NCBI GenBank assembly: GCA_045863195.1
Contig: BTUI01000010.1
Span: 15,851 to 79,850 of the forward strand
DNA from: Chloroflexota bacterium
Lineage (GTDB): Bacteria > Chloroflexota > Dehalococcoidia > UBA2979
Length of the DNA: 64,000 nt
Reading direction: 5' to 3'
A program made the position numbers and the translations under genes. Positions within the stretch are counted from its first letter, which is position 1; every line of letters starts with the position of its first letter. This document shows, one piece after another, positions 29,175 to 39,129 of the stretch. Below the pieces are notes generated by a model. The model saw nothing but the letters and a program-made list of their open reading frames with translations, had not been told where the DNA came from and searched no databases.

Positions 29175-30395
29175 TCACGCGCTGCGGAGGCTCCGCGCCC
29201 GGACGCCGATGATCGCCGCCGCGCTCACGAGCACGAGGCCCGCGCAGGCAAGCGCCCACGGCGCGCCCGCGCGCGCCGCGACCGCGCCGAGGACGATCGG
29301 GCCGATCCAGCCGAAGCCGATCGCCACGCCCCAGGCCCCCAGCACTCGCCCGCGCAACTCGTCGGGGACGTGCTTCTGCAGCAGGATCCACTCGAGCGCG
29401 TCCACCATCGCCGCCGCCGCCCCGACGCAGCAGACCGCGAGCAGCGACACGAGGTACCAGCCCGACAGCCCGAGGGCGATGAGGCCGAGCCCGAACGCGC
29501 CGAACACCCCCACCAGCAGGATGCCCTGCCGTCGCAGGTCGCTCAGCAGCGTGAGCGCGATCGTCCCGAGCATCGACCCCACCGACGAGGCGGCGACGAG
29601 GCCGCCGAGCCCGGTCGCGTCGACCTCCAGCACCCGCTCCGCGACGACCGGGAGCAGCGACTGGTAGGAGAACCCGAGGATCTCCACCAGCACCATCATG
29701 CCCAGCAGCAGCGCCACCATCGGGATGCGCACCACGGTCCGCAGGCCCTCGATGACGTCCGTCAGGAGCGAAGCCCCGGAGCGGGCGATGTTCCGCGCCG
29801 GGGCCGGGATGCCCGCGTAGATCACGGCGGCGGCGGCGACGGGGATCGCGGCCAGGATGAAGGTCGGTCCGGGGCCGAGTACCTCGATGAACACGCCGCC
29901 GCCGACCGACCCGAGCGCCGCGACCGCGCGCTGGCCGGTGGAGGTGAGCGCGATCGCGTTCGAGAGCCGCGCGGGACCGACGATGTCGCCGGCGAGGGCG
30001 TGCAGGTTCGCGGTGCTGAAGATCATCCCGCAGCCGCTCAGCGCCACGAGCGCCAGCAGCGCGCCGACCGAGAACCGGTCGAGGTAGACGAGCGCCGCCA
30101 TCACGAGGAACACGGCCGCGGTGCCGGCCGCGGTCAGCGCGAGGACCCTCGACCGCCGGTACCGGTCCGCCACGGCGCCCGCCACCGGCCCGAGGATGAT
30201 GCTGGGGGCGGATCGGGCCGCGAACGACGCCGCCGTCAGGAAGACCGAGCCCGTGGTGTCCAACACGAACCAGCCGACGGCGACGCGCTCCATCCACTGG
30301 CCGAGCGCGAACAGCACGGCGCCGGCCCAGAGCCGGCGGTAGCCGGGCACGGAGAAGGACACCAGCGCGCGCGGCCCTCGGGGCGGGTCAGTCAC
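29175..30395 (-). CDS. MFS transporter (DHA3-like)
   Basis: YRRLW, AGAVADRYRR, LRGRV. Confidence 0.82.
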   Translation of the reverse strand: MTDPPRGPRALVSFSVPGYRRLWAGAVLFALGQWMERVAVGWFVLDTTGSVFLTAASFAARSAPSIILGPVAGAVADRYRRSRVLALTAAGTAAVFLVMAALVYLDRFSVGALLALVALSGCGMIFSTANLHALAGDIVGPARLSNAIALTSTGQRAVAALGSVGGGVFIEVLGPGPTFILAAIPVAAAAVIYAGIPAPARNIARSGASLLTDVIEGLRTVVRIPMVALLLGMMVLVEILGFSYQSLLPVVAERVLEVDATGLGGLVAASSVGSMLGTIALTLLSDLRRQGILLVGVFGAFGLGLIALGLSGWYLVSLLAVCCVGAAAAMVDALEWILLQKHVPDELRGRVLGAWGVAIGFGWIGPIVLGAVAARAGAPWALACAGLVLVSAAAIIGVRARSLRSA

Positions 30396-30442
30396 CGAGG
30401 CCAGGGCGTCCGCCTTTCGTCCGTGTCCGTCCGCCGATCAGA

Positions 30443-32260
30443 CTATCGCCGCATGTGCATGTCGACGAAGTCGACGACGCGGCGGGCGAGGTCCAGACGG
30501 TGCGGCAGCCTGTGGAAGCCGTGCCCCTCCTCCGGGTAGACCACGTACTCCACCACACCCTCGGTCCGCCGCACCGTCTCCACGATCTGCTCGGACTCTT
30601 CCGGCGGTACGCGCACGTCATGGTCGCCCTGGAAGACCAGGAGTGGGGTGCGGATGAGGTGCGCCTTGTGGATCGGCGAGATCGTCCGCAGGAACTCCGG
30701 GTCCTCGCCGTACTCGCGCGAGCGGTGCTTGCGCCGCCACGGGCCGGTGAACCGCAGGAACGTCTCGAAGTTGGCGATGCCGTAGAGGTCGAACGCTGCC
30801 GCCCAGCGGTCGGGCGCCTCCGTGATCGCGGCGAGGACCATGAACCCGCCGTACGACCCGCCGAGGACACCGATCCGTTTCGGGTCGACCTCGCCGTTCC
30901 CGGCGAGCCAGTCGGCGGCGGCGATCAGGTCGCGCACGGAGTCCATGCGCTTCTCCACGTCATCCGCGTGGCTCCATTCCTTGCCGTAGCCGGAGGAGCC
31001 TCGGACGTTCGGGACCAGCAGCGCCACGTCGCCGCGGGCGAGGAGGTACTGCGGGCCGCTGTACCGCTCCCAGAGCGCCGGGCGGCTCTGCATCTCCGGG
31101 CCGCCGTGCACGAGCACCAGGCAGGGGAGCGTCCCGTCGCGAGGCGCGCCGTCCGGGACGTAGTAGAACGCCGGGATCTCGCGGCCATCGAAACTGCGGT
31201 AGCGGATCAGCCGCGGCTCCGGCAGCGAGTCGATCGGCAGCCCGCGCGTCTGGCTGGAGGTGAGCCGGCGCATCCGGCCCGTCTCCACGTCCGCGACCCA
31301 CACGTCCGGGACGTGGCGAGGGCCCTCGAACGTGAACGCGAACGACCGCCCGTCCGGGTGCCACGCGGGGGTGCTGGCGACACCCGCCGGCATCTCGTCG
31401 AGCGGCAGCCGCGCGCCGAGGCGTGCGTCGGCCGTGACCTCGTACGCCTCGAGCCGGCCGTAGCCGTCCTCGTTCACCACGAGGGCGAGGCGGCGTCCGT
31501 CTGGCGTCAGTGCCAGCGCCTCGATCTCCCACTCGCGCTCCAGCAGGTACTCGCGTTCGCCGGTCGCAAGGTCGATCCGCTGGAGCGCGAAGAACTCGCG
31601 TCCCTCGTTCGCCAGCACCAGCACGGCCCCGGCCGGGTGGATGTGCCCATACGTCCACTCGGAGAGGTCGTCGTGCGGCGTGAGCAGCCGGGGCTCCTCG
31701 ATGCCCTCGACATCGACGAGCCAGAGCGTGGCGTCTGCGGAGATCTCCAGGTTGGGGCGGGTGACCAGCAGGTGGTGGCCGTCCGGGGAGAACCGCCCGG
31801 CGGCGTTCATCCCGTCCTGCTCCAGAACCAGTCGCTCCTCGCCGGTGTCGACGTCGAGCACGTAGATGTCGAAGAACGCCGGGTTGCGGCGGTTCGATCC
31901 GTAGGAGACGGACCGCCCGTCCTCCGACCACGCGCCGAAGTTGTGGATCACCCGCGGCTGCGAGGCGAGGGCCCGGCTCGTGCCGGAGGCCAGGTTCAGG
32001 AGGTGCAACTGGTACTGCTCGTCGCCCCCGTCGTCCGCGATGTACAGCAGTTCGTCGCGGCTGGGGCGGAACGCGACCTGGTAGATGACGCCGCCGGTGT
32101 CGGTGAGCGCCCGCGCCTCGCCACCGGCCGAGGGGATGAGCCACGCCTGCGAGACCCCCGAGCGGTTCGACCGGAACGCCACGTTCGCGCCGGTGCGGTC
32201 GTAGGAGGGTTGCTCCGACACCTCGATGCTCACGAAGTCGTCCAGCGTGAAGTCCGGCAT
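30443..32260 (-). CDS. S9 prolyl oligopeptidase/acylaminoacyl peptidase
   Basis: Propeller repeats, HGGPE, NVRGSSGYG, GGSYGG, D.RVP, EGHGF. Confidence 0.92.
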   Translation of the reverse strand: MPDFTLDDFVSIEVSEQPSYDRTGANVAFRSNRSGVSQAWLIPSAGGEARALTDTGGVIYQVAFRPSRDELLYIADDGGDEQYQLHLLNLASGTSRALASQPRVIHNFGAWSEDGRSVSYGSNRRNPAFFDIYVLDVDTGEERLVLEQDGMNAAGRFSPDGHHLLVTRPNLEISADATLWLVDVEGIEEPRLLTPHDDLSEWTYGHIHPAGAVLVLANEGREFFALQRIDLATGEREYLLEREWEIEALALTPDGRRLALVVNEDGYGRLEAYEVTADARLGARLPLDEMPAGVASTPAWHPDGRSFAFTFEGPRHVPDVWVADVETGRMRRLTSSQTRGLPIDSLPEPRLIRYRSFDGREIPAFYYVPDGAPRDGTLPCLVLVHGGPEMQSRPALWERYSGPQYLLARGDVALLVPNVRGSSGYGKEWSHADDVEKRMDSVRDLIAAADWLAGNGEVDPKRIGVLGGSYGGFMVLAAITEAPDRWAAAFDLYGIANFETFLRFTGPWRRKHRSREYGEDPEFLRTISPIHKAHLIRTPLLVFQGDHDVRVPPEESEQIVETVRRTEGVVEYVVYPEEGHGFHRLPHRLDLARRVVDFVDMHMRR

Positions 32261-32351
32261 CGCACCGCCCCCTCGCCGTCGTGCGGGTGACGGCGAGGGA
32301 TAGTATGCGTGCGTATCGCAACCGTGATGCGTCACGCGAGGGGAGAGCGCC

Positions 32352-33518
32352 ATGCCCACCGCCTTCGAGCGCGCGCTGGAGCGCGCCGTCCCCGGGGTGA
32401 TCGAGGAGACCGTGCGCGTCACGGAGATCCCGGCGCCCACCTTCCAGGAGCGCACCCGCGCCCGCTACGTCCATGACCGCCTCGCCGGCATCGGCGGCTG
32501 GTCGTACCTGAGTATCGACTCCCACGCGAACGTCGTTGCCGTGCGGAAGGGCGAGCCCGGGCTGGCCCGCATCCTGCTGTGCGCGCACCTCGACACGGTG
32601 TTCCCGGACGCCGCCACGCCGGTGGTGCGCTCACGCGGCAAGCTGACCGGTCGCGGGGTCGGCGACAACAGCCTCGGGGTCGCCTCGATGCTCGGGGTCG
32701 CCGAGGTGATGCAGGCGACAGGCGTGAAGGGCGTCGGCGACATCATCTTCGCGGCGAACGTCGGCGAGGAGGGCCGAGGCGACCTGCGCGGCGCGCGGCG
32801 TCTGGTGAAGGAGTACGCGCGTGACTTCGATGCGATGATCGCGATCGAAGGCCATTCGTTGAACCGCATCCAGACGCAGGCGGTCGCCTCGCTGCGCTAC
32901 GAGGTCAGCGTGGAGACGGACGGCGGCCACTCCTGGGGCGCATACGGCCGCCCAAACGCGATCGCGCTGCTGGCGCGCGCGATCGTGGCCCTCGAGCCGC
33001 TCATGCCGGATCCGGCGGCCACGCCGAAGACCACGATGAACGTGGGCGTGATCCGGGGTGGCCGCAGCGTGAACACCATCGCGCCGGACGCGGTGTTCGA
33101 ACTGGACATCCGGTCGGTCGAACCGGCGAACGTCGACGCGCTGTTGAAGCGCGTCCGTGCGGCGATGAGGGCCGCCGTGGGCGCGGGCTTCGAGGTGAAG
33201 ATGAAGCGCATCGGCGCGCGCCCCGGCGGGACGATCCGTGAGGATGGGCCGCTGGTGCAGGCGATGCTCGGCGCGCGGAAAGGCCTCGGTCTGCCCGCGC
33301 CGGAGTTCTACGCCGGCTCCACGGATGCGAACGCCGCGCTCGGTGCGGGCTTCCCCACGACCTGTATCGGCGTGACGACGGGCGGCGAGGCGCACACGCC
33401 GCGCGAGTGGATCAGCACCGCACCGATCCGTCAGGGCGTCCCGTACCTCGGCCGTGCGATCGTCGCGGCGGCGCGCCTGCCGAGGTCCACGTTCCGCCGG
33501 TCAACGCGCCGGGCGTAG
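32352..33518 (+). CDS. M20 family metallopeptidase
   Basis: AHLDTVF, GDN, GEEG.GDL, GGHSW, STDAN, AHT. Confidence 0.88.
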   Translation: MPTAFERALERAVPGVIEETVRVTEIPAPTFQERTRARYVHDRLAGIGGWSYLSIDSHANVVAVRKGEPGLARILLCAHLDTVFPDAATPVVRSRGKLTGRGVGDNSLGVASMLGVAEVMQATGVKGVGDIIFAANVGEEGRGDLRGARRLVKEYARDFDAMIAIEGHSLNRIQTQAVASLRYEVSVETDGGHSWGAYGRPNAIALLARAIVALEPLMPDPAATPKTTMNVGVIRGGRSVNTIAPDAVFELDIRSVEPANVDALLKRVRAAMRAAVGAGFEVKMKRIGARPGGTIREDGPLVQAMLGARKGLGLPAPEFYAGSTDANAALGAGFPTTCIGVTTGGEAHTPREWISTAPIRQGVPYLGRAIVAAARLPRSTFRRSTRRA

Positions 33519-33591
33519 TCCCGCGTGAAGTCCCGGCGGGCTCGGGTCGTACGGGCTAGGGCGTAACGTTCGAGGCGCCCAGACTGGTGGC

Positions 33592-33963
33592 ATGGGCAGT
33601 ACCACCGTCCTCGGACGCCGCGCCGACCACCGCCTCGCGCTGGTGCTCGTCGTCGCGCTGCTTGCACCCTCCCTCGGGCCGGCCGCTGGCTATGACATGT
33701 GGGCGTGGTTCCCCGACCATGGCCACGCGGCCCTGGGCGCGGTGCCCGGCAACCACACCCACCCGTGGGACGCCGCTCCCGCCTCCGGTGCGGCCGCCGA
33801 GGTCGAGTTCACGGCGGGCAGCCTGCTCGGAGCATCGATCCTGCCGGTGTTGCTTGTGGCCGTGGCGCTCGCTCCGGCGATGGTGTCGCGTGTGCTCGCG
33901 GAGCGACGCCAGCAGGTGCCGATGGCAACGGTGCCTGATGTCGAGGGGCCACCCCCGCGCTGA
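33592..33963 (+). CDS. Small His-rich membrane protein ending PPPR; candidate regulatory leader of sco-pcuAC
   Basis: N-terminal hydrophobic helix, PDHGH..HTH, second hydrophobic stretch, C-terminal EGPPPR*. Ends 36 nt before sco. Confidence 0.7.
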   Translation: MGSTTVLGRRADHRLALVLVVALLAPSLGPAAGYDMWAWFPDHGHAALGAVPGNHTHPWDAAPASGAAAEVEFTAGSLLGASILPVLLVAVALAPAMVSRVLAERRQQVPMATVPDVEGPPPR

Positions 33964-33995
33964 CCTCCCCCGTCGATCACTGACGATCTGGGAGG
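33964..33995 (+). promoter_or_regulatory. Anti-SD/SD hairpin sequestering the sco ribosome-binding site
   Basis: CCTCCC (33964-33969) pairs with GGGAGG (33990-33995), inner CGTC/GACG. ATG at 34000. Confidence 0.65.
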
Positions 33996-33999
33996 CTCC

Positions 34000-34620
34000 A
34001 TGAATCACGTGAAGGCACGCCGGCGCGGATTCGCCGTCGGGCTGCTGGCCGCCATCGCCGCGGTCGCCCTCGTGGGGTGTCGCGAGGAGGCGCCGGACTT
34101 CGCCTCGGCGGTCGCGGATCCGCCCGCTGCCATGCCGGCGTTCGAACTGGTGGCGGAGGATGGCTCGCCGTTCCGGCTGGCCGACCTGCAGGGGCGGGTG
34201 GCGGTGGTGTACGTGGGGTACACCTTCTGCCCGGACATGTGCCCGCTCACCATGTCCCTCCTGGCGGAGGCGGTGGACCTGCTCCCCGCTGAGGTCAGGG
34301 ACGGGGTCCAGGTGGTGATGCTCACTGCCGACCCGGAACGGGACACCCCGGAGCGGACCGGGGAGTACGTGGCGTACTTTGACCCCGAGTTCCTCGGTGT
34401 GTCCGGTGACCCGGATGCCGTGCATGAGGCGCTCGCCTCGTGGGGCATCCACCCGGAGCATGGTCCGGTGTCCGCGAATGGCGGCTATGCCGTTTCGCAC
34501 CCCACGCGTACCTATGTGTTCAACCGGGAGGGGCTACTGCGGCTGTACGTACCGCACGACCTGCCGGCTCAAACGGTCGCCGACGATCTCGAACTCGTCT
34601 GGCGCGAAGGGAATGACTGA
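34000..34620 (+). CDS. SCO1/SenC copper chaperone lipoprotein
   Basis: Lipobox LVGC, GYTFCPDMCP (CxxxC), DPERDTP, YAVSH. Confidence 0.93.
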   Translation: MNHVKARRRGFAVGLLAAIAAVALVGCREEAPDFASAVADPPAAMPAFELVAEDGSPFRLADLQGRVAVVYVGYTFCPDMCPLTMSLLAEAVDLLPAEVRDGVQVVMLTADPERDTPERTGEYVAYFDPEFLGVSGDPDAVHEALASWGIHPEHGPVSANGGYAVSHPTRTYVFNREGLLRLYVPHDLPAQTVADDLELVWREGND

Positions 34621-35219
34621 TGTTCAACAACATGACCCGCACCGCTCGACACGCCCTGCTGTTCGGCGGGCTTGCGCTCGCCGGCCTCACGGCGGTGGCC
34701 TGCTCATCGGATGAGGACGCCGAGGCGACCCCTGTCGCGACCGCTGAGGTGACCGCCGCCGCCACGTCCGAGGCGACCGCCTCCCCGACCGAGGCGGCCC
34801 AGCCGGCGATCGAGGTCGCCGAGATCCGCGCCCGCGCCACGCCCGGGCTGGAGAACGAGAACAGCGCCGCGTACGCGAAGATCACCAACCGTGGCGCGGA
34901 GGCCGACCGCCTCGTCGGCGCCTCGGTGGACGCGTCAATCGCCGCGACGGTGGAACTGCACACCACCGTGAAGGAGGGCGACATGATGCGCATGCAGCAG
35001 GTGGACGGCTGGGACATCGCCCCCGGCGAGACGCTGGAACTGGCCCCGGGCGGTAACCACGTCATGATCCTCGGCCTGGTTGACCAGTTCGAGGTGGGCG
35101 AGCGCTTCACGCTGACGCTCATCTTCGAGCAGGCTGGTGAGATCCAGGTCGAGGTGCCGGTCATGGAGATCGCCACCTCCGGCATGGGCGGCATGGCGAC
35201 GCCGGGTGCGATGAACTAG
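34620..35219 (+). CDS. PCu(A)C copper chaperone lipoprotein
   Basis: Lipobox VAC, VELH..MMRM..LAPGGNHVM. Confidence 0.93.
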   Translation: MFNNMTRTARHALLFGGLALAGLTAVACSSDEDAEATPVATAEVTAAATSEATASPTEAAQPAIEVAEIRARATPGLENENSAAYAKITNRGAEADRLVGASVDASIAATVELHTTVKEGDMMRMQQVDGWDIAPGETLELAPGGNHVMILGLVDQFEVGERFTLTLIFEQAGEIQVEVPVMEIATSGMGGMATPGAMN

Positions 35220-35241
35220 CACCGGGTCGAGCGGATGCAAC

Positions 35242-35270
35242 GAGGGGCGGCCGCGAGGCCGCCCCTCTTC
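35242..35270 (+). terminator. Intrinsic terminator after pcuAC
   Basis: GAGGGGCGGCC-GCGA-GGCCGCCCCTC then TTCGTT. GNRA loop. Confidence 0.75.
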
Positions 35271-35292
35271 GTTCCACCGCGCTCGGAGGGTG

Positions 35293-36495
35293 CTACCAGG
35301 TGTGCTCCGCCTCGTACGGCGCATGTGCCAGCCGCAGCGCCGCGTCCCACCGCCCCAGGGCGGCGCGGTCGCGGACGCCCTCCAGCAGCCCCGCGCGGTG
35401 CGCCTCGGACGCGGAGTACCGCCCGAAGACGAGCGATGCGAGCGTGTCCGGCGTGAGCGCGAAGTCCACGTCCGCGCCGTCCGCCCGTGAGACCGCGCCG
35501 CCCTCGGCGGAGGTCGCCACGCTCCAGCGCCCCGCGTTCCACTCGCAGAACGGGTCGCGCAGGTCGAAGCGGAGTGCCGTCTCGGCGGCATACGGTCGCG
35601 CTGCGAGGGCATCCTCGACGGTCACGAGGCGGGCCATGATCCCGTCGCGGAGCGAGGCGTTCAGGAGCCGGGGCTCCACCAGCATGAGCGGAAGCGGGTC
35701 ATCGCTCGGCGCGTTGTCCCAGACGATCTGCTCCACGTTGTCGTAGCCGCCGAGGACGCCCCAGAGCGCCTGCGTCGCCTGCGGCGTCAGGGCGAAGTGG
35801 TCCATCACCCGCAGCACGTGCGGGCCGGCGCCACCGGCACGGCCGTGGACGTAGACGACATAACCCTGAGGTTCGCCGTCCTCCTCGTACGCCAGGATCA
35901 CCTGTCGCTGGCCAGCGGGCGGATCCTGCAGCGGGCCCGCGTCCCACATCGGGCGGCCGCGGTGGATCGTGGCCGTCCGGTCCTCGCGGAACCGCCGGTA
36001 GACGTCCACGAGCAGCCCGAACTCGGTCGCCACGTCCACCTCGCGCACCCGACCGTGCTGCGGCAGGGGATGGTGGAACTGGATGTGACGAGGCTCCACG
36101 CGGAAGGTCTGCCGGACGTTCACGGTGCCGTAGCCGTACCGCTGGTAGATCGCCATCCACGCCGGGTGCAGGCCGGCAATCGCCACCTCGCGGCGCTCGT
36201 GCATCTCCTCGAAGTGCTTGCGGGTGACCGCCCGCAGGTAGCCCCGGCGGCGGTGGGCCGGGTGCGTGGACACCTGTGTCACGCCGGCCATCGGCACCGC
36301 GCGGCCGTTGAGGCGCACCTGGAGCGGCCAGAAGGCGTAGGTCGTGGCGATCTCCCCATCGACGAACGCGCACATCGTCCACTCTGGGGCCATGCCGCTG
36401 AACATCGCCTCGGGCAGGGCAAGTTGCCTCGACCCCTGCCGCGCCAGCGCCGGCATCTCTTCAGCGCGGGCTGGGCGGATCTCTACGTGGGGCAC
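35293..36495 (-). CDS. Eis-like GNAT acetyltransferase with SCP2 C-domain
   Basis: VSTHPAHRRRG, IYQRYGYG, DPFCEWNAGRW, LASLVFG. Confidence 0.88.
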   Translation of the reverse strand: MPHVEIRPARAEEMPALARQGSRQLALPEAMFSGMAPEWTMCAFVDGEIATTYAFWPLQVRLNGRAVPMAGVTQVSTHPAHRRRGYLRAVTRKHFEEMHERREVAIAGLHPAWMAIYQRYGYGTVNVRQTFRVEPRHIQFHHPLPQHGRVREVDVATEFGLLVDVYRRFREDRTATIHRGRPMWDAGPLQDPPAGQRQVILAYEEDGEPQGYVVYVHGRAGGAGPHVLRVMDHFALTPQATQALWGVLGGYDNVEQIVWDNAPSDDPLPLMLVEPRLLNASLRDGIMARLVTVEDALAARPYAAETALRFDLRDPFCEWNAGRWSVATSAEGGAVSRADGADVDFALTPDTLASLVFGRYSASEAHRAGLLEGVRDRAALGRWDAALRLAHAPYEAEHTW

Positions 36496-36617
36496 GCTGG
36501 TTCCTCCATCGTCACGGGGCACAGATGGGCGGGAAGTGTATCCGCGTGGGGCTGGCGTCCGCCCGCGCGGGGGCGCGACCCCGGGCGCGGACTTGAACAT
36601 CTCTGACGGAGGGTGCT

Positions 36618-36642
36618 ATACATGACTAAGTCAATCAACTTT
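36618..36642 (+). promoter_or_regulatory. IscR/CymR (Rrf2)-type operator candidate overlapping a promoter
   Basis: ATACATGACTAAGTCAATCAACTTT matches 21/25 of the IscR type-1 consensus ATASYYGACTRWWWYAGTCRRSTAT as recalled. TTGAAC at 36593. Confidence 0.6.
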
Positions 36643-36703
36643 AGAAAGAACAGAGTGCGCCCGGATGGGCGTCTCAGTGACATCGACCCGGAAAGGACAC
36701 CCA

Positions 36704-37228
36704 ATGCCCCTGTTCCTGATCGAGACCCCCATCCCGGACGGCGGCAAGGAGGCCACGGAGGCCCTCTTCGGCACGCTGGCAGCGGCGGCAACGAAGGCGA
36801 ACGGCGAACTGATCGAGGTCCAGGTGGGCGTGGACGCCGGCCTGGTCTACGCGATCTTCGAGCACCGGGTCTCCGAGGTGCTGGAGGCGATCCTGCGCCA
36901 GGCCGGCATCGCCTTCGAGGAGGTCGCTCCGGTGCGCCTCGTCGGCGTCGAGCTGGAGGACGTGAAGGCACGCAAGGCCTCCACCGGCGCGAACTACCTG
37001 GTGGAGTGGGACATCCCGGCCGGGGTGACCATGGACCAGTACCTCAACCGCAAGCGCGAGAAGGCCCCGCTCTACGCGAACGTCCCGGAGACGCAGTTCC
37101 TCCGCACCTACGTTCGCGAGGACATGGTGAAGTGCCTCTGCTTCTACGACGCCCCGGACGAGGACGCGGTCCGTCGCGCCCGTGAGGCCGTGGATACGCC
37201 CATCGACCGCCTGACGCGGCTCGGGTAG
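36704..37228 (+). CDS. Tandem DUF4242-like protein
   Basis: AAGGA RBS. Two ferredoxin-like halves; the second has YLVEW..FLRTYV..KCLCFYDAPDEDAVRRA. Confidence 0.75.
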   Translation: MPLFLIETPIPDGGKEATEALFGTLAAAATKANGELIEVQVGVDAGLVYAIFEHRVSEVLEAILRQAGIAFEEVAPVRLVGVELEDVKARKASTGANYLVEWDIPAGVTMDQYLNRKREKAPLYANVPETQFLRTYVREDMVKCLCFYDAPDEDAVRRAREAVDTPIDRLTRLG

Positions 37229-37232
37229 CACC

Positions 37233-38327
37233 ATGGCCGCCCCAGCCGCCGGTCCGCGCCTGCTTGCCGATGACGCCCTGCACGAGGCGATCCGTGCCTA
37301 CGTGGGCCCGCGTGCCCCGGAGGTAGACGCCTGCCAGTGCACGCTGCGCGAGGGCCTGGCCCACCTCGCCGAACTCGGCGCGGTCGACCTCGGCGTGCTG
37401 CGTCGGGACGACGCGGCCGTGTTCGAGCGGATGTGCGAGGTCACGGCGACCGTCGCGCTGGACGACATGAGCCAGGCGTTCTCGCTCTGGGCGCACCGCA
37501 TGGCGATCGAGTACCTGTTCCAGTCGGACGAGGCGTGCCACCTGCGGTCGACGGTGCTCCCGCGGCTGCTCAAGGCGGAGGTGCTCGGTTCGACCTCCTT
37601 CGCCTCCGCGACCGCGAACTACCTCGCGGGGACGCCGCTGCCGCTGACGTTCAAGCGGCGCCCGGACGGCGGCCTCGTGGTGAGCGGGCGGATCGCGTGG
37701 GCCTCCAACCTGGAGCCACCGTTCATCTCCGTCGCTGCCGCCGCCAACGCGGACGACCCGTCCGACCGCGTGGTCTTTGCCTATTCGGAGGCCACGCCCG
37801 GCCTGAAGTTGCCGGAGTACCCGCGCATCCTCGCCCTGCAGTCCACCGCCAGCACCTCCCCGCTCTTCGAGGAGGCGCACGTCGCGCCGGAGGAGATCCT
37901 GACGCAGGACTTCGAGGGGTTCGTGGGGCGGATCTTCCCGACCTTCCTCATGATCCAGTGCTCGTTCTGCTGGGGCATGTCACGGCGCGCGCTCGCGGAA
38001 GCGGAATCCGGCCTGGCCGGCCCCGCCGAGATCCTGCGCGACGACTACGAGGCGCTCCGCGCCCGCTTCACGGACGCGGAGACGCGCCTCCGGACAATGG
38101 CGTCCACGGCTGACCGCACGCAGATCGCGCACCGCGACCTGCTCCAGTTGCGGCTCGACTTCGGTCGGCTCGCCGTCGACTCCGTGGCGCTGGAGGCGAA
38201 GATCGCCGGCGGCCGCGGCTACATGTTGCACAGTGGCACCTCCCGCCGGCTGCGCGAGGCGGCGTTCCTGCCGGTGCAGGCGCCTACGGAAATCCAGTTG
38301 CGATGGCTGCTGTCCCGCTCCGCATAA
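37233..38327 (+). CDS. Acyl-CoA dehydrogenase-fold flavoprotein
   Basis: SLWAHRM, SGRIAWASNL, GGRGY, RRLREAAFLPVQAP. Confidence 0.82.
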   Translation: MAAPAAGPRLLADDALHEAIRAYVGPRAPEVDACQCTLREGLAHLAELGAVDLGVLRRDDAAVFERMCEVTATVALDDMSQAFSLWAHRMAIEYLFQSDEACHLRSTVLPRLLKAEVLGSTSFASATANYLAGTPLPLTFKRRPDGGLVVSGRIAWASNLEPPFISVAAAANADDPSDRVVFAYSEATPGLKLPEYPRILALQSTASTSPLFEEAHVAPEEILTQDFEGFVGRIFPTFLMIQCSFCWGMSRRALAEAESGLAGPAEILRDDYEALRARFTDAETRLRTMASTADRTQIAHRDLLQLRLDFGRLAVDSVALEAKIAGGRGYMLHSGTSRRLREAAFLPVQAPTEIQLRWLLSRSA

Positions 38328-39076
38328 GCGGGGCCACCCGCCGCTTCCGGGACCGCGGACACCAGTTCACGGTCTTCGAAGGCCTGGATCTGGAGGTCCA
38401 GGACGGCGAGATCTTCGTGCTCCTGGGGCCCAGCGGCTGCGGCAAGAGCACCCTGCTGCGCGTGATCGCCGGCCTCGACGCGCTCGATGAGGGCGCGGTG
38501 GCACTCGAGGGCAACGAGCACGGCCGCGATGTGGGCATCGTCTTCCAGGAGCCGTTGCTCCTGCCGTGGCTGACGGTGCGCGAGAACGTGGCGCTCGGCC
38601 TCGGCTATCGGGCGAACGCCGGCGCGCGCCGTGACGGCGTGGTGGACGAGACGCTGGCGGAGTTCGGCCTGGCGGACCTCGCCCACGCCTACCCGGACGA
38701 ACTCTCCGGCGGACAGGCACAGCGCGTCTCGCTGGCGCGCACGGTGGTCACTCACCCGCGGGTGATCCTGCTGGATGAGCCGTTTGGCGCGCTGGACCCG
38801 CTCACGCGGCGCACGATGCAGCGCTGGCTGTTCGGCATCCAGCAGACGCTGGGCCTGACCGTGGTCATGGTCACGCACGACGTGGACGAGGCCGTCCTGC
38901 TCGGTGACCACGTTGCCCTGATGTCGCCCTCGCCGGGGCGCATCTTCCGTTCTTGGCGCTTCCCGCGTGAGGCGCGCGACTCCGCGCACCTGGCGACGAC
39001 GCGCGAGGAGGTGCTGCAGGCCTATGCCGAGGTCGCCGGTCCGGCGGCGCTCGTGCCGGCCCATCCCACCATCTGA
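38303..39076 (+). CDS. ABC ATPase (SsuB/TauB/NrtD-like)
   Basis: GPSGCGKS, VFQEPLLLPW, LSGGQAQR, LDEPFGALD. Confidence 0.9.
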   Translation: MAAVPLRISGATRRFRDRGHQFTVFEGLDLEVQDGEIFVLLGPSGCGKSTLLRVIAGLDALDEGAVALEGNEHGRDVGIVFQEPLLLPWLTVRENVALGLGYRANAGARRDGVVDETLAEFGLADLAHAYPDELSGGQAQRVSLARTVVTHPRVILLDEPFGALDPLTRRTMQRWLFGIQQTLGLTVVMVTHDVDEAVLLGDHVALMSPSPGRIFRSWRFPREARDSAHLATTREEVLQAYAEVAGPAALVPAHPTI

Positions 39077-39129
39077 AGTCAGGTCCGATCCAAACGAGTG
39101 ACCACGCCGCTCCACCGGCGAGATCGAGG

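Noticed and set aside
18657-30395. Cluster of five MFS transporters as a special system
   Set aside because: Divergent sequences interspersed with unrelated enzymes, and no shared regulatory signal was seen.
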